Positions 1-10,906 of a stretch of DNA of 64,000 bases are shown one piece after another; position 1 is the stretch's first letter; every line of letters begins with the position of its first letter. Below the pieces are notes generated by a model that searched no databases, was not told the origin of the DNA, and saw only the letters and a program-made list of their open reading frames with translations. Position numbers and translations under genes: made by a program. Source of the DNA: a virus; the IMG/VR virus record IMGVR_UViG_3300037484_000374, positions 64,001-128,000 of that record, one strand, 5' to 3'.

Positions 1-1
1 T

Positions 2-817
2 GTTAGTACATACGATGTTGTTAATGATTGTAAAGAGAAAATACCATATTACAGTACATCATATAACACACCGGCAACAAATATAAAATGGTTGATGAAT
101 AGATGTTCTGAACTAAAAACAAAACAGCCAGGATATCTTTTATATAATTCAACAAAAGATAAGTCATGGAATCTTACAACCCTCGAAAAATTGTTACAGC
201 AAAAAACATTAACAAAACCAGAGGGGTTTAAGGGGATATATACTTTCACCACAGAGAACATTTATTACATAAATAAAATACTCTCATATAAAATAAACCA
301 TTTAGATCATAACTCAATAAAGTCACTGGTCAGTGGTAATTTACTGGGCTTCGATCCAAGTAGAAAAAAATTCTTAAAAAGAGAGTACACATATAAGGAT
401 GGGATTAACAGGTTTACCATACTTGGAAAGCAATCACTATTTCCAAGTGACGTGGAGTATATAGAAACAAAACAACAGCTTACAGGTGAGGTAGATGAGA
501 AAATAATGGATAATATCTATTTCAGTAATTGGATTAAAGAGTATTGTATGCAACAGTTGGTGGTTATGACTGTGAGAGGTCATGAAGACAGACATGCAGG
601 TGGTATGATAGAAGTGGAATGGCCATCCATAAATGCAGACCACAAGATGAATAAAAATATGATAGGAAAATATCTTATAAAATCTGTTATTCATAGTTTC
701 GATAACTCAGGCGATTTTAAATATAAACAAAAACTTATATGTATTAAAAATGGTTATTATGAGTCAGATGATACGAGATTGGTTCCAGCTGTGAATAAAA
801 ATATAGGAAAACAATAA
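2..817 (+). CDS. Baseplate hub protein (T4 gp27-like), 5'-partial
   Basis: The frame is open from position 2. It lies directly upstream of gp5 and its C-terminus (GKYLIKSVIHSF) resembles hub proteins. Confidence 0.55.
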   Translation, partial: VSTYDVVNDCKEKIPYYSTSYNTPATNIKWLMNRCSELKTKQPGYLLYNSTKDKSWNLTTLEKLLQQKTLTKPEGFKGIYTFTTENIYYINKILSYKINHLDHNSIKSLVSGNLLGFDPSRKKFLKREYTYKDGINRFTILGKQSLFPSDVEYIETKQQLTGEVDEKIMDNIYFSNWIKEYCMQQLVVMTVRGHEDRHAGGMIEVEWPSINADHKMNKNMIGKYLIKSVIHSFDNSGDFKYKQKLICIKNGYYESDDTRLVPAVNKNIGKQ

Positions 818-2106
818 TGTTAAAAGGAAAACTCGAAACATATCAACAGCAATCAGATAATAAATTCTATGGTATATACCGTGGAGTTATTGAAGATAGA
901 GATGATCCAGAAAAAAGATGTCGTGTAAAGGTTCGCGTATTTGGAATACACACCGATGATATAAATAAAAACCAAACAAAAGGTGTCCCAACAGATGATC
1001 TACCATGGGCAGAGCCGTGTCATGGTCTATTTGAGGGTTCTATAAGTGGTTTTGGTTCGTGGGCTGTTCCTCTACATGGTAGTCATGTATTCTTATTTTT
1101 TGAGAACGGTAACCCTACACAACCAAGATATTTCGCCACATCATCAGGAGTACCAGAGGAAGTACCGGATAAAACAAAAGGATTTAACGATCCAGATGGT
1201 GTTTATCCAAGACCCGATAGAATTGGTGAATCAGATGTTCACAGGTTAATGAGAAGTGAAAATATAACCGAGACACTTGTTCAAACAAAAAACGATAATC
1301 TTGACGGTAAAGATACCCCAATAGAGACAGCTGACAATTTAGCTGATTGGAGTGAGCCAGAGAGCGCATACGAGGCCGAATATCCAGATAACATAGTCAT
1401 GGTCACCCATGCTGGGATCACCGTAGAATTCGATAATACACCCAATAAACGCCGTGTCCATATTTATCATCCATCCAATAGTTATATTGAGATAAATGAA
1501 GAGGGTAGAATGGTTATCAGGAACAATGATGATAAATATGAAATAGTCCTTGGAGATCACAATATTCATATCGCGCAGGATGAGAATACAACTATTGATG
1601 GTGACAGAACCCGTAAAGTTGTTGGTGATGAATCAATAGATATCGATGGTAACCAAAAAAGGGATATCATCTATGATCAAGACCTCACAGTAGGCGGAAA
1701 CCAAACAGAAACTATTGATCTGAATAGGACAACATTGGTAAAGCAGAATGTTGATATTACAATCGGTGAGGATGAAACAAGAATCATCGAGGGTAGTAGA
1801 GCAGAATCAACAGTGGGGAATGAAGTAAATTATATTGAGGGTAATAAAACAGAGAATATAGTTGGCAACAGGACGAATACTATTGATGGTAATCAAGACG
1901 AAACAATTCAGGGTCACTTGAATATAACGATAACAGGTCAGTGTACTATAGATTGTAAAGACAAAGTAACAATAAATGCAGATGCCACTGTCGAAATTGA
2001 CGGTGGTAGTGGTGCGCCTATAGGTGTTGTACAGGGAAATTGTATCTGTGCTCTCACCGGTCAACCACATATGAATGTGTCAGCAACAGTAAAAAGTTCA
2101 TACTAA
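817..2106 (+). CDS. gp5: Baseplate central spike gp5/VgrG-like (OB-fold plus beta-helix, no lysozyme domain)
   Basis: N-terminal YRGVIEDRDDPEKRCRVKVRVFGIH...LPWA OB motif; EFDNTP...HPSNSYIEI segment; 8-residue VxGNxTxx beta-helix repeats. Confidence 0.9.
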   Translation: MLKGKLETYQQQSDNKFYGIYRGVIEDRDDPEKRCRVKVRVFGIHTDDINKNQTKGVPTDDLPWAEPCHGLFEGSISGFGSWAVPLHGSHVFLFFENGNPTQPRYFATSSGVPEEVPDKTKGFNDPDGVYPRPDRIGESDVHRLMRSENITETLVQTKNDNLDGKDTPIETADNLADWSEPESAYEAEYPDNIVMVTHAGITVEFDNTPNKRRVHIYHPSNSYIEINEEGRMVIRNNDDKYEIVLGDHNIHIAQDENTTIDGDRTRKVVGDESIDIDGNQKRDIIYDQDLTVGGNQTETIDLNRTTLVKQNVDITIGEDETRIIEGSRAESTVGNEVNYIEGNKTENIVGNRTNTIDGNQDETIQGHLNITITGQCTIDCKDKVTINADATVEIDGGSGAPIGVVQGNCICALTGQPHMNVSATVKSSY

Positions 2107-2118
2107 AGGAGATAGAAT

Positions 2119-2340
2119 ATGGCAGGGATAGACCAATCAGGATACGCAATGGCCGATTTAATTATAGCACAAACAACCGCTGTTACAGCTGGGCAGTTTG
2201 AGGGTGGAGATGATGGATCGGCTTATAGAAGAGAACAATTAGCCGCAATGTGTAGAGGAATAATTGCAAACATTGTCGCAGATTTAAAAGCCGTTGGAAC
2301 TGATACCCATGGTGATGGCCACAATTTAGATTTGGTGTAA
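2119..2340 (+). CDS. Hypothetical baseplate-module protein
   Basis: RBS AGGAG; tightly packed after gp5. Confidence 0.6.
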   Translation: MAGIDQSGYAMADLIIAQTTAVTAGQFEGGDDGSAYRREQLAAMCRGIIANIVADLKAVGTDTHGDGHNLDLV

Positions 2341-2341
2341 T

Positions 2342-3052
2342 ATGAGTATTAATCCTTGCGATAGCTTACAATCGAGTTTGGATACAAGTTTGAGACAGAT
2401 GAACCTTTCACGCTCACAAATGACATCCACATTAAACCTCACAAAAAGTTCTTTGTCTGGTGTCACATCCCCAGCCGGTGATACATTGACGGAGTTGAAC
2501 AATGCAGAAACTACAGCACTATTAGAGATTAATGAAACTGGAAGTGTAGTATCAAACTACACGGGAAGTTGTCTTAGTAGTGTTTCAAAGGCTCTTGGAA
2601 GTGTTACGAGAGATTCAGGTGGTACAGTTGGTAATATACTTGGTAGTATTTCAAGTGCTGATCCAGATGTAACAGCAATGCTTGGAGCTTTATCAAAAGT
2701 TTCTGGGCTACAGGGATTAGTTACAACATTAAAAATACCACCCCTCATCACAAAGTTAGATGAGTTAATGACATGTGTTGAGAGTGCCGGTTGTGTTGAT
2801 GTTGGTACAATGCAAAATTATTTAGATCAAGTTGATAGCTTCCTATCAGATATGTCATTGAGTGATGCTGGGGAACTAGACACAACATCAATGATGACAA
2901 CGGTCGGGCTTGATACAGAGATACAGGATAGTGTAGCAAGTGGTATTGAAAAGGTTACCAGTATGAAAGAAACCATTGGATCGGCGGCAAGCGGATTATC
3001 TGGTGGGTCGAGCATATGGAATAAAGTAAAAAACCTATCAGCAAGATTTTAA
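2342..3052 (+). CDS. Hypothetical Ser/Thr-rich helical virion protein
   Basis: 236-aa ORF within the structural operon. Confidence 0.6.
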   Translation: MSINPCDSLQSSLDTSLRQMNLSRSQMTSTLNLTKSSLSGVTSPAGDTLTELNNAETTALLEINETGSVVSNYTGSCLSSVSKALGSVTRDSGGTVGNILGSISSADPDVTAMLGALSKVSGLQGLVTTLKIPPLITKLDELMTCVESAGCVDVGTMQNYLDQVDSFLSDMSLSDAGELDTTSMMTTVGLDTEIQDSVASGIEKVTSMKETIGSAASGLSGGSSIWNKVKNLSARF

Positions 3053-3063
3053 TGAATTTTTTA

Positions 3064-3071
3064 TATAAATA
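3064..3071 (+). promoter_or_regulatory. T4-type late promoter TATAAATA (others at about 9067, 25202, 33763, 42823, 46632, 47143, 50653, 51877, 56687)
   Basis: Exact gp55 consensus; most copies are intergenic and 10-35 nt upstream of a start codon or tRNA. A gp55 gene is present in the window. Confidence 0.8.
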
Positions 3072-3090
3072 TTAGAGAGGGTAATAATAA

Positions 3091-3462
3091 ATGGGCTGGA
3101 AAGATTTTGACATTGAACTTAATAAACAACAGGGTGGTGATGTAAAAGCCATGACTGATGTTGATGCTATAAAAAATTCCCTTACTAATATTGTACAAAC
3201 ATTCCAAGGTTCTCGGAGAATGATACCAAATGCGTTTGTTGATATATATAGAACATTGTTCGAGCCGATGGATAGATATACGGCTGAACGGCTTGGTAAT
3301 AACATATTAACAGCCATTGAGAAATGGGATGATAGAATCGTAATCGATGCCATTAACGTGGATGCTGATTATGATAATAATTTATATAAAATAATTATCG
3401 AATTTAGAATAACCACATCGGATGAAATTGAAACAATGGAAGTTATTCTGAGAGCTATATGA
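3091..3462 (+). CDS. gp25: Baseplate wedge subunit gp25
   Basis: AIKNSLTNIVQT.QGSRRM.P..F...LFEP...AIEKWDDRI is the GPW/gp25 signature. Confidence 0.9.
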   Translation: MGWKDFDIELNKQQGGDVKAMTDVDAIKNSLTNIVQTFQGSRRMIPNAFVDIYRTLFEPMDRYTAERLGNNILTAIEKWDDRIVIDAINVDADYDNNLYKIIIEFRITTSDEIETMEVILRAI

Positions 3463-4199
3463 TGAAATTTGGGAAATACTTATTAGAAGAAAATATATTC
3501 TTAACAATGAAACCGGATGATTTTGTTACCAAAACAAATATCAATCTTCAAAGAGAATATGATAACCTCAATAAGAGTTTGTTTAATAATGAATTAGAAA
3601 AATACCCGTTAAAATGGTCTAATAGAAAGGGTGTTGGTGGTACAACAGTTTCAACAGGTGTTAAAAATAAACCTTCAACATGGGTTTTGAAACACATAGA
3701 AATATCATTGTATTATGAAACCACATACGGGGATTTTCTAAATGTTCTTGCTCATGAAATGATACATGTAAAACTTACTCAGGAAAAAACATCAGACCCT
3801 AGTGGTGGCCACGGAATATTTTTCAAAAGTGAGATGAACAGAATAAACCAGATGAATAAAGGAATTAAGATCACCAACAAGATGGATTTAACCAATAAAG
3901 CCCCTGTAAAAACCGGTGGGAAAATTAAACATGTTGCTGTTGCTATGATAAAATTTAGTAATGAGAAAGGTATTGTGGTTTATAACTTTAAAAATATTAG
4001 TAGAATACTTGAGACATTCAGAGCGTACCCAGCGGCATGGTATATTGATAAAACAATTTACTTTGTCAAGTCAGATGATATACGATTATCAAAATACCCA
4101 GTTAAGAGATCACAATCTGGGAATTTTGGATATTACACCATAGATGATGCTACTTGGAATGAGATAAAATCACAAGGTAGATCAATAGAAACACTATAA
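3459..4199 (+). CDS. SprT-like zinc metalloprotease
   Basis: HEMIH zincin motif followed by HG..F...M.RIN; N-terminal YDNLNKSLFNNEL is typical of SprT. Confidence 0.8.
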   Translation: MMKFGKYLLEENIFLTMKPDDFVTKTNINLQREYDNLNKSLFNNELEKYPLKWSNRKGVGGTTVSTGVKNKPSTWVLKHIEISLYYETTYGDFLNVLAHEMIHVKLTQEKTSDPSGGHGIFFKSEMNRINQMNKGIKITNKMDLTNKAPVKTGGKIKHVAVAMIKFSNEKGIVVYNFKNISRILETFRAYPAAWYIDKTIYFVKSDDIRLSKYPVKRSQSGNFGYYTIDDATWNEIKSQGRSIETL

Positions 4200-4205
4200 T
4201 GATAC

Positions 4206-4835
4206 TTGAGAATTATGAAAAAATGTAATAAATGCAAAGAAGAAAAACCGATATCATATTTTAATAAAAGAAAAAGAAATAAGGATGGGTTGGAACACTA
4301 TTGTAGATCGTGTATGGTAATATTAAGAAAAAAATGGGATCATAAGTATTCAAAAACTGACAAATTTAAAAAGTGTCAACATAAATATAATACATCTGAA
4401 AAGGGAAAGGAAAAATATAAAAGACATTTCAAGACAGATAAAGGAAAGGAAACACTTAGAAAATATCGATCATCTGAAAAGGGTAAATTAATACAAAAAA
4501 GATATAATAGAAAAAACTATAACAGCATATCGGGATCAATGAGAGCAAGGATAAACCAATCACTGAAGGGTGGAAAATTAGGGAAGCATTGGGAAGAATT
4601 GATAGGTTATTCTCTGGAAGACTTAAAAGAACATCTTGAGAAATTGTTTAGAAAAGGTATGAATTGGGATAACCACTCTTTAGGTGGGTGGCACATTGAT
4701 CATATAAAACCGATATCATATTTTAATATAGAATCATATGATGATAAGGACTTTAAAAAATGCTGGGTGTTGGAAAATTTACAACCCCTATGGGCAGAGG
4801 ACAATATGATAAAAGGAGCAAAGATAAATGAGTAA
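4206..4835 (+). CDS. Freestanding HNH homing endonuclease
   Basis: N-terminal CxxC zinc finger; C-terminal GMNWDN..GWHIDHIKP...NLQPLWA.DN..K. Confidence 0.85.
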   Translation: MRIMKKCNKCKEEKPISYFNKRKRNKDGLEHYCRSCMVILRKKWDHKYSKTDKFKKCQHKYNTSEKGKEKYKRHFKTDKGKETLRKYRSSEKGKLIQKRYNRKNYNSISGSMRARINQSLKGGKLGKHWEELIGYSLEDLKEHLEKLFRKGMNWDNHSLGGWHIDHIKPISYFNIESYDDKDFKKCWVLENLQPLWAEDNMIKGAKINE

Positions 4836-6579
4836 TAACCTAACACCCACATTCTTAGAAACAGATTACAACACTTTAAAAGCAAAACTGACCCAGTTGA
4901 TGAAGAAATCTGATACTTTTAAAGATTATAATTACGAAGGAAGTAATATTTCAATGTTGATCGAATTGGTTTCGTATCTCGGTGATCTCAACACATTTTT
5001 CACAAATCTTCTTGCCAAGAATATGTATGAAGATACAGCGGATGTTTATGAAACAGTCCACAGACTCGTAAGACAAAAGGGCTATAACCCACTTGGATAT
5101 AAGTCATCACAGGTAACTATCACGGCGGCACTTTCAGGTGTTCAGGTTGGTGATGTTTTACAAGTACCGGCATGGACATCCATAGATACCGGACTAACCA
5201 CAGATAATGGGGATTCAATATATTACACCATCACACAAGATCATGATTTTACAGCTGACACTGCCCCGCTATATGAGTTTGATTTAATAGCAAGAGAGGG
5301 TGAGGTTAGTGAACTTGAGTATAAAGGAAGTGATCTGGTTGATAATATAATAATTCTACCATTTTCTACTTTTGACCATGGCTCATATCCTTTTGATATA
5401 CGAGCAATTCAATTAACCGTTAACGGTACAGCATGGACAAGAATATCTGATTTTTATGAAGACGTTACTGGTCTTATTGATCAAGATAATGTATTCATTT
5501 TTAACTATGATAAATATGAGAGATATGTTATTGAGTTCTCATCCTCAAGAAATGTTCCAGAAACCACAGATGATATCAACATTACAATGCTCAAATCAAA
5601 TGGTGTTGATGGTTCTATAGGTGCTGGAACAATCACAGAAGCAGATGATAACTTTGTTGTGAATGTTACAAGAGGGGTGATTTTATCTACAATGGGTAAG
5701 GATGATCTTGATTCATTCACAAATACAGAGGCATCTTTCGGGGCTGCAAATCCTGAAACAGTCGAGCAAATGAAAAGTAACTCAAAGGCGGTTGTTCATT
5801 CACAGCTGAGAAATGTTACTACTAAGGATTATATAAGTCATTTAAACGGTAGAGGTGATGTTGTTGCGAGTAACGCATGGGGAGAACAGGAAGAGAACGC
5901 TGGAAATACCCTAGAATATAATAAAGTATATATTAGCCTTATACCACCTCGTAGCGATGCAACATATTTCATTAACGGAACATTAGATATGGTTGCTACA
6001 ACGTGGGAGTATTCTCAAGACCATACGATAACAGGAACGATATACCTTCCATCACCATCTGGATATAATACAGATTTTAAAGAAGATGTTTTACAGTATC
6101 TTGAACCACGTAAGCACATAAACGTTTATGAAACCTTTGTAATTCCAAATCTTGTGTATTTTAGATTTGAAATAGGTTTAAGAATAAAACGTATCTACAA
6201 TTTCAATGATGTGAGACAGGCAGTTCTCGACAAATTAACATATTATTTTGATCCAATGTTCAGATCATTTGGTGAAAAAGTAAATTTCCTTGACATACAT
6301 GACTTCATTCTTAATGAGGATATCACATCGGACGATTATGACTTCGCAAATATTAGGGGTATTCAGAACTTGGTATTCAGGGATGTTGTTACATACACAG
6401 ACAGTTTATCCGGGGCCGACAAAGAAGAAATTTTTGAACCTTCAAGTTCTCAGTATCCACAGTTTGTAAATTCAGCGTATTCTGGATATGTTGATAACGT
6501 TATGCGACCAGTAAAACTTGATAGAAAACAATTTCCGGTTATAGCCGATAATCATTGTACCTTTATAAGCGAAGGATAA
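4828..6579 (+). CDS. gp6: Baseplate wedge subunit gp6
   Basis: DYNTLK..L...FKDYNYEGSNISMLIELVSY N-terminus and RNVTTKDY motif. Confidence 0.9.
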   Translation: MSNNLTPTFLETDYNTLKAKLTQLMKKSDTFKDYNYEGSNISMLIELVSYLGDLNTFFTNLLAKNMYEDTADVYETVHRLVRQKGYNPLGYKSSQVTITAALSGVQVGDVLQVPAWTSIDTGLTTDNGDSIYYTITQDHDFTADTAPLYEFDLIAREGEVSELEYKGSDLVDNIIILPFSTFDHGSYPFDIRAIQLTVNGTAWTRISDFYEDVTGLIDQDNVFIFNYDKYERYVIEFSSSRNVPETTDDINITMLKSNGVDGSIGAGTITEADDNFVVNVTRGVILSTMGKDDLDSFTNTEASFGAANPETVEQMKSNSKAVVHSQLRNVTTKDYISHLNGRGDVVASNAWGEQEENAGNTLEYNKVYISLIPPRSDATYFINGTLDMVATTWEYSQDHTITGTIYLPSPSGYNTDFKEDVLQYLEPRKHINVYETFVIPNLVYFRFEIGLRIKRIYNFNDVRQAVLDKLTYYFDPMFRSFGEKVNFLDIHDFILNEDITSDDYDFANIRGIQNLVFRDVVTYTDSLSGADKEEIFEPSSSQYPQFVNSAYSGYVDNVMRPVKLDRKQFPVIADNHCTFISEG

Positions 6580-6583
6580 TTAA

Positions 6584-7273
6584 ATGCCAAAACTATCAGA
6601 TAGTCCATATTTTTTACTGAAAGAATATTTTGAGCAAACAGTTATTGCCCCATCTGAAATTGAAGAGGGCGAGGCTCAATTAATATGGATTAATTTCACA
6701 AGCAGATTAGCCGATGGTTCATTTTTTCAGGTTCCGATCACACTAACGGATTCTGAAACGATCAGCGGCGGTGTGCAGTTTATAAATGATAATAATATAA
6801 CTTGGAATATCAGATACTTCGATGAAGAAGCAGAGATGGTCAACTCATACCTCATAGGGTCACAGACATCAATGGTTACAGAGGGTGCTGGTACAATAAC
6901 ATTATATATTGAGGATCATGATAAAGGTTTCAGGCCGGTGCTATTATCATTCAAATCACTTGCAGAGAATATGTTTTCTTTTGAACTTTCCCCTGAGTTA
7001 ATATACACGGAAGGAACAACCATAGTAGAATCGATTTCTGGAATAGCATATGAATATAATGAGTATGATTATACAACCACAGAGATAAACCCAATTGATA
7101 ATGCAATGAAAGTTTATTTTAGAAAAGATTCATTCTTCCACAATTGGCTTCTGACATATGCAGAAGATTTATTTTTAAGTAAATGGGATATAAAACTTAA
7201 CATCAAAAAATACATAAATACCGATAAGACATTCATATATTTCGGTAAAATATTCAAAACCTCTGGGGTTTAA
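6584..7273 (+). CDS. Hypothetical baseplate protein
   Basis: Position between gp6 and the gp7-like gene. Confidence 0.6.
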   Translation: MPKLSDSPYFLLKEYFEQTVIAPSEIEEGEAQLIWINFTSRLADGSFFQVPITLTDSETISGGVQFINDNNITWNIRYFDEEAEMVNSYLIGSQTSMVTEGAGTITLYIEDHDKGFRPVLLSFKSLAENMFSFELSPELIYTEGTTIVESISGIAYEYNEYDYTTTEINPIDNAMKVYFRKDSFFHNWLLTYAEDLFLSKWDIKLNIKKYINTDKTFIYFGKIFKTSGV

Positions 7274-7277
7274 TTAA

Positions 7278-9053
7278 ATGGGAAACACATATCATATAAT
7301 ATATGATGGTCTAAAAGATTATGTTAAAAAGACTGTCCCAGTTCATCAACAAACTGGAAAGTTCAGCGAGTTTCTGGAAATATATTTTGACAGGGTACAG
7401 TCAGAAATTTATAACCTTCAAAAAAATATATGGACTTTATTAGACCCGATGGAGATTGACCCTGAGTATCTTGGTTACCTCTCAAAATTCTATGATATGG
7501 GTGATATCACTGATATTAGCACAGAGACATTAAGAAACAGAGAGTTCGTAAGAGATTTACCATATCTTCTAAAAAGAAAAGGAACAAACAGTTCCATATA
7601 CGATATATGGAAAGTAATAACACAAACAAATAACTATATAAACATATATGAAAAATGGCATAGTTCATCAATTACCGGAACGGTTCCAACAAGTGCGGTG
7701 ACAGAATACAATTATGTTAACCGACCAGAATATGACTACGATGTGACCCTCAGAACGGACGGTGCTGGTGAAGATTGGTATAAGGATGGATCATACCCAT
7801 CTTCTTTTGAAAGCACAACAGATGTCCAATCAACGGGTTACAGGATAGAACTTGATATGTGTAAAGAACCCATAACAAACACAGCAATTCTACCAAAAGA
7901 TATATGGGACAGACTTTATGAGTATTGGGAATTTATAAAACCAATAAACAGAGTTTCAGAGTATAGTATTGTTTTGGCCCCTATATGTGACTTCACCGGT
8001 GGTGATGTAAGTTTATACGATGTACCAAGCAAAACAGCATACTGTATATCAAGACAGAACATATATAATCTATGGGAAAATGGTGCTCATATAGAGATCG
8101 TTAATATACCATCAACAGAATGGACAATAACCCACGATCTAAGTAGAGCGAATGTTGTAACAGCGGCATATAACTTTGATTTTGAATTAATATTCCCAGA
8201 TAAGATTGAATACATCGATAGCGATACAGTTATTGCAATATGGCCAGAACCGACAACAGGATATTTCTTCACAAGGATAGTTGATTATTATCAGGAAAGA
8301 AGAACACCGACCACGGATATCTGGAAATTCAAACATTTACAGGCTCACAATGCTGGTGGGGAGTTGATCATACAGTTTAGATTACCTAACGAGATTCCAG
8401 AAGAAAAGGTAATGATAAACGATCTACAGCTTATAGATATTACACCGGACGATGAAACAGCGTTGGTTGATACAAACTATTATGTTGATACACCGATACC
8501 AGTTGAGACTGATGCACTTATAAAAGCATCGGACGCTATTGTGTTCCAAACAACACCATCAGATACATGGGAAGTCCTTCATAACCTACACTACAAGGGT
8601 GTTATAGCCAGTTGTTATGATAATGATGGAAGACAAATGGTTCCAGATAAGATAGAATTGATATCTGAGGTTGTTATGAGAATCCATTGGCCTGAACCAG
8701 TAACAGGTTATACAAGCGTTGTAGCGATAGGTAACATTGACTTCTATGACGTACTACTTGAAATACTCGAAGATGAGCAGTTATCCCCTATATGGCGCAT
8801 CAATAGTGTTGAAAACGGACTGATTGCACAGCTTTCGGAGTATGACGATGAGGGTGTAATTCCAAGAGATACTATTTATGAAGATGATAATTACTATTAT
8901 CTGTCATTTCCGCTACCAAAAGAAAACGAATATACCATCAGAGAACTTGGTATTCTTAATCAGAACCAAGAGTTATTGTTCTACACAAAATGCAGTGAAT
9001 TATATAAACCAGAAAATATTGACATGACTATTCATTATCGTATAAAAAAATAA
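7278..9053 (+). CDS. Baseplate wedge protein (gp7/P2 gpI-like N-terminus) with W.I.HNL repeats
   Basis: LDPMEIDPEYLGYL...LKRKGT motif; repeated WTITHDL/WEVLHNL modules. Confidence 0.65.
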   Translation: MGNTYHIIYDGLKDYVKKTVPVHQQTGKFSEFLEIYFDRVQSEIYNLQKNIWTLLDPMEIDPEYLGYLSKFYDMGDITDISTETLRNREFVRDLPYLLKRKGTNSSIYDIWKVITQTNNYINIYEKWHSSSITGTVPTSAVTEYNYVNRPEYDYDVTLRTDGAGEDWYKDGSYPSSFESTTDVQSTGYRIELDMCKEPITNTAILPKDIWDRLYEYWEFIKPINRVSEYSIVLAPICDFTGGDVSLYDVPSKTAYCISRQNIYNLWENGAHIEIVNIPSTEWTITHDLSRANVVTAAYNFDFELIFPDKIEYIDSDTVIAIWPEPTTGYFFTRIVDYYQERRTPTTDIWKFKHLQAHNAGGELIIQFRLPNEIPEEKVMINDLQLIDITPDDETALVDTNYYVDTPIPVETDALIKASDAIVFQTTPSDTWEVLHNLHYKGVIASCYDNDGRQMVPDKIELISEVVMRIHWPEPVTGYTSVVAIGNIDFYDVLLEILEDEQLSPIWRINSVENGLIAQLSEYDDEGVIPRDTIYEDDNYYYLSFPLPKENEYTIRELGILNQNQELLFYTKCSELYKPENIDMTIHYRIKK

Positions 9054-9082
9054 TATTATTTTTTTATATAAATACTATTGAT

Positions 9083-9451
9083 ATGCCCAAGAAACTATCA
9101 TATGATTATGTAAAGGAGCAGATTGAAAAAGAAGGATTTGAATTAGTAAGTAAAGAATATATTAATTCCAAGATTAAACTAAAAGTTGTGTGTCCAGAGA
9201 GGTATGAATATAAAGTAACATGGAATAGTTTCAATAGTGGTAGTAGATGTCCTGAATGTGATTATAATAAAAAGACTTCCAAAGTAGAAATTGAAATTTT
9301 TGAATATATTAAAACATTATATATTGGCACTCATTTAGTAGTGCTAAAAGAAGAGACACTATCAAAAACAACAATGTAAAGAAAAGGGTATTGGTTTAAT
9401 GGTAATTGATGAAGAAATTTATAATTTTAACAAAGAAAATGTTTAAATAAA
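9083..9451 (+). pseudogene. Decayed zinc-ribbon-repeat endonuclease (internal deletion and frameshift)
   Basis: One KLSYDYVKEQIEKEG...RCPEC repeat; an out-of-frame YWHS...KKQQCKEKGIGLMVIDEE tail matches the intact paralogs at 16199 and 36516. Confidence 0.75.
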
Positions 9452-9502
9452 ATAGTGGAGTTTATAGAATAATGAAAAAATACAATAAAAAGGAATTTTA
9501 TC

Positions 9503-10477
9503 ATGTCGAGAGTCCATGAATGGCAGTTTTTACTTAACCGAGAAGGTCAACCAATAGCAGATACCAGCGTCTATATATACCTCGCTGGTACGGAAATTCC
9601 AGCACGAATATTCACTGATGAAGTTGGTGGCACAATGATCGATACAGAGCCACAGGTTACCACAAACGCTAACGGTTTTTTCCAGTTCTGGATCGCAGAT
9701 AACACAGAACAAAATGGATATGATATCAGCCAGAAATTTAAAATAAAATGGGCAAAAGCGGGTGTTGCATCAGGATATATTGATTGGGTCGATGTCTTCC
9801 CAAAAATTCAACAGGCCGTTGCTGTGGATGAGACAGACCAAACTTCTGTTTTTAAAGATAAATTGGTCAACAACAGACTTGCTTATCAATGGGAGGAACA
9901 TAGAGGCTGGACATATGCGGATGGATGGTCTAATCTACATGGTTTAGCCCCCGTAAATCTAACAGAACAAGACACAACAGACAAAAATAAATTAATATCA
10001 AATGGTAATGGCTATAAATGGGAAACCCATGTTAATAAAACAGACCCAACAGATGCACATGGTATGGGGGCCGCTGATCTAACCAGTACCAATACCGCCA
10101 AAACTAAACTGATCGACAACAACACTTTAAAAACTTTTAATGATGATCGTTTGGTTCAGTATTCCTACACATTGATTGGTGGTGACCCAGGAGTTGTTCC
10201 GTCATCAAATTGGGTTAAACCAAATGTTGGTGTCGAATTCTATTATACAGAGATAAATATAGCTAATGGTTACGAAGAGACATCATTTCCGGTTGTTCAG
10301 CTATGGGATACAGATACAAGAAAAGACATTAAAAATATAGACGTTTATCTTGGTGATGAGACACATGTTTATGATGCGGGGCAGACAATAACACTTGAGA
10401 TAAGTGGAGCGATTCCACCTTCATTAAATGCTAAAATATTATTTAGAAACGGGGATATAGGTTCTGGTACTCCATAA
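9503..10477 (+). CDS. Virion structural protein (tail/fibre-associated)
   Basis: N-terminal GQPIA...VYIYLAGT...TTNANGFFQFW head-binding/Ig-like motif; internal repeats. Confidence 0.6.
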   Translation: MSRVHEWQFLLNREGQPIADTSVYIYLAGTEIPARIFTDEVGGTMIDTEPQVTTNANGFFQFWIADNTEQNGYDISQKFKIKWAKAGVASGYIDWVDVFPKIQQAVAVDETDQTSVFKDKLVNNRLAYQWEEHRGWTYADGWSNLHGLAPVNLTEQDTTDKNKLISNGNGYKWETHVNKTDPTDAHGMGAADLTSTNTAKTKLIDNNTLKTFNDDRLVQYSYTLIGGDPGVVPSSNWVKPNVGVEFYYTEINIANGYEETSFPVVQLWDTDTRKDIKNIDVYLGDETHVYDAGQTITLEISGAIPPSLNAKILFRNGDIGSGTP

Positions 10478-10833
10478 TGAGACTCTACAAATACATACAG
10501 TTATCATCTAAAGATCGGGACATCCTGAAATTTAGAGCAATCAACATTGGCCTAACAAATGAGAAGACCAATTATGATGATGTAGTGTTGCGTATTCAGA
10601 AGCAATTTGTATTAAAGGCAGACGCAACAGCGTTACTTAATAAGATAAACGAAGAGTTGGTAAGATTTTACAGTGGGAAATATCGATTTGACTTCATTAT
10701 TGATGAAGGGGTTGATGTTGATAGCATAAAAATAAGAGATAAAAAGCGTATTGATCTACTAAAACAGAAAGTTTTTGAGTTCAATGAGGAACTTAACTCC
10801 ATAAAGGAAGAATTTGAATCAAAAATACAATAA
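10477..10833 (+). CDS. Hypothetical protein
   Basis: 118-aa ORF coupled to the upstream stop codon. Confidence 0.6.
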   Translation: MRLYKYIQLSSKDRDILKFRAINIGLTNEKTNYDDVVLRIQKQFVLKADATALLNKINEELVRFYSGKYRFDFIIDEGVDVDSIKIRDKKRIDLLKQKVFEFNEELNSIKEEFESKIQ

Positions 10834-10906
10834 ATTCCGAAGTTTAGTTTACATTTTAACAAAAATGTGTTATTATTATAGTAATAAAAAAGAGGGAAAA
10901 AGATAA

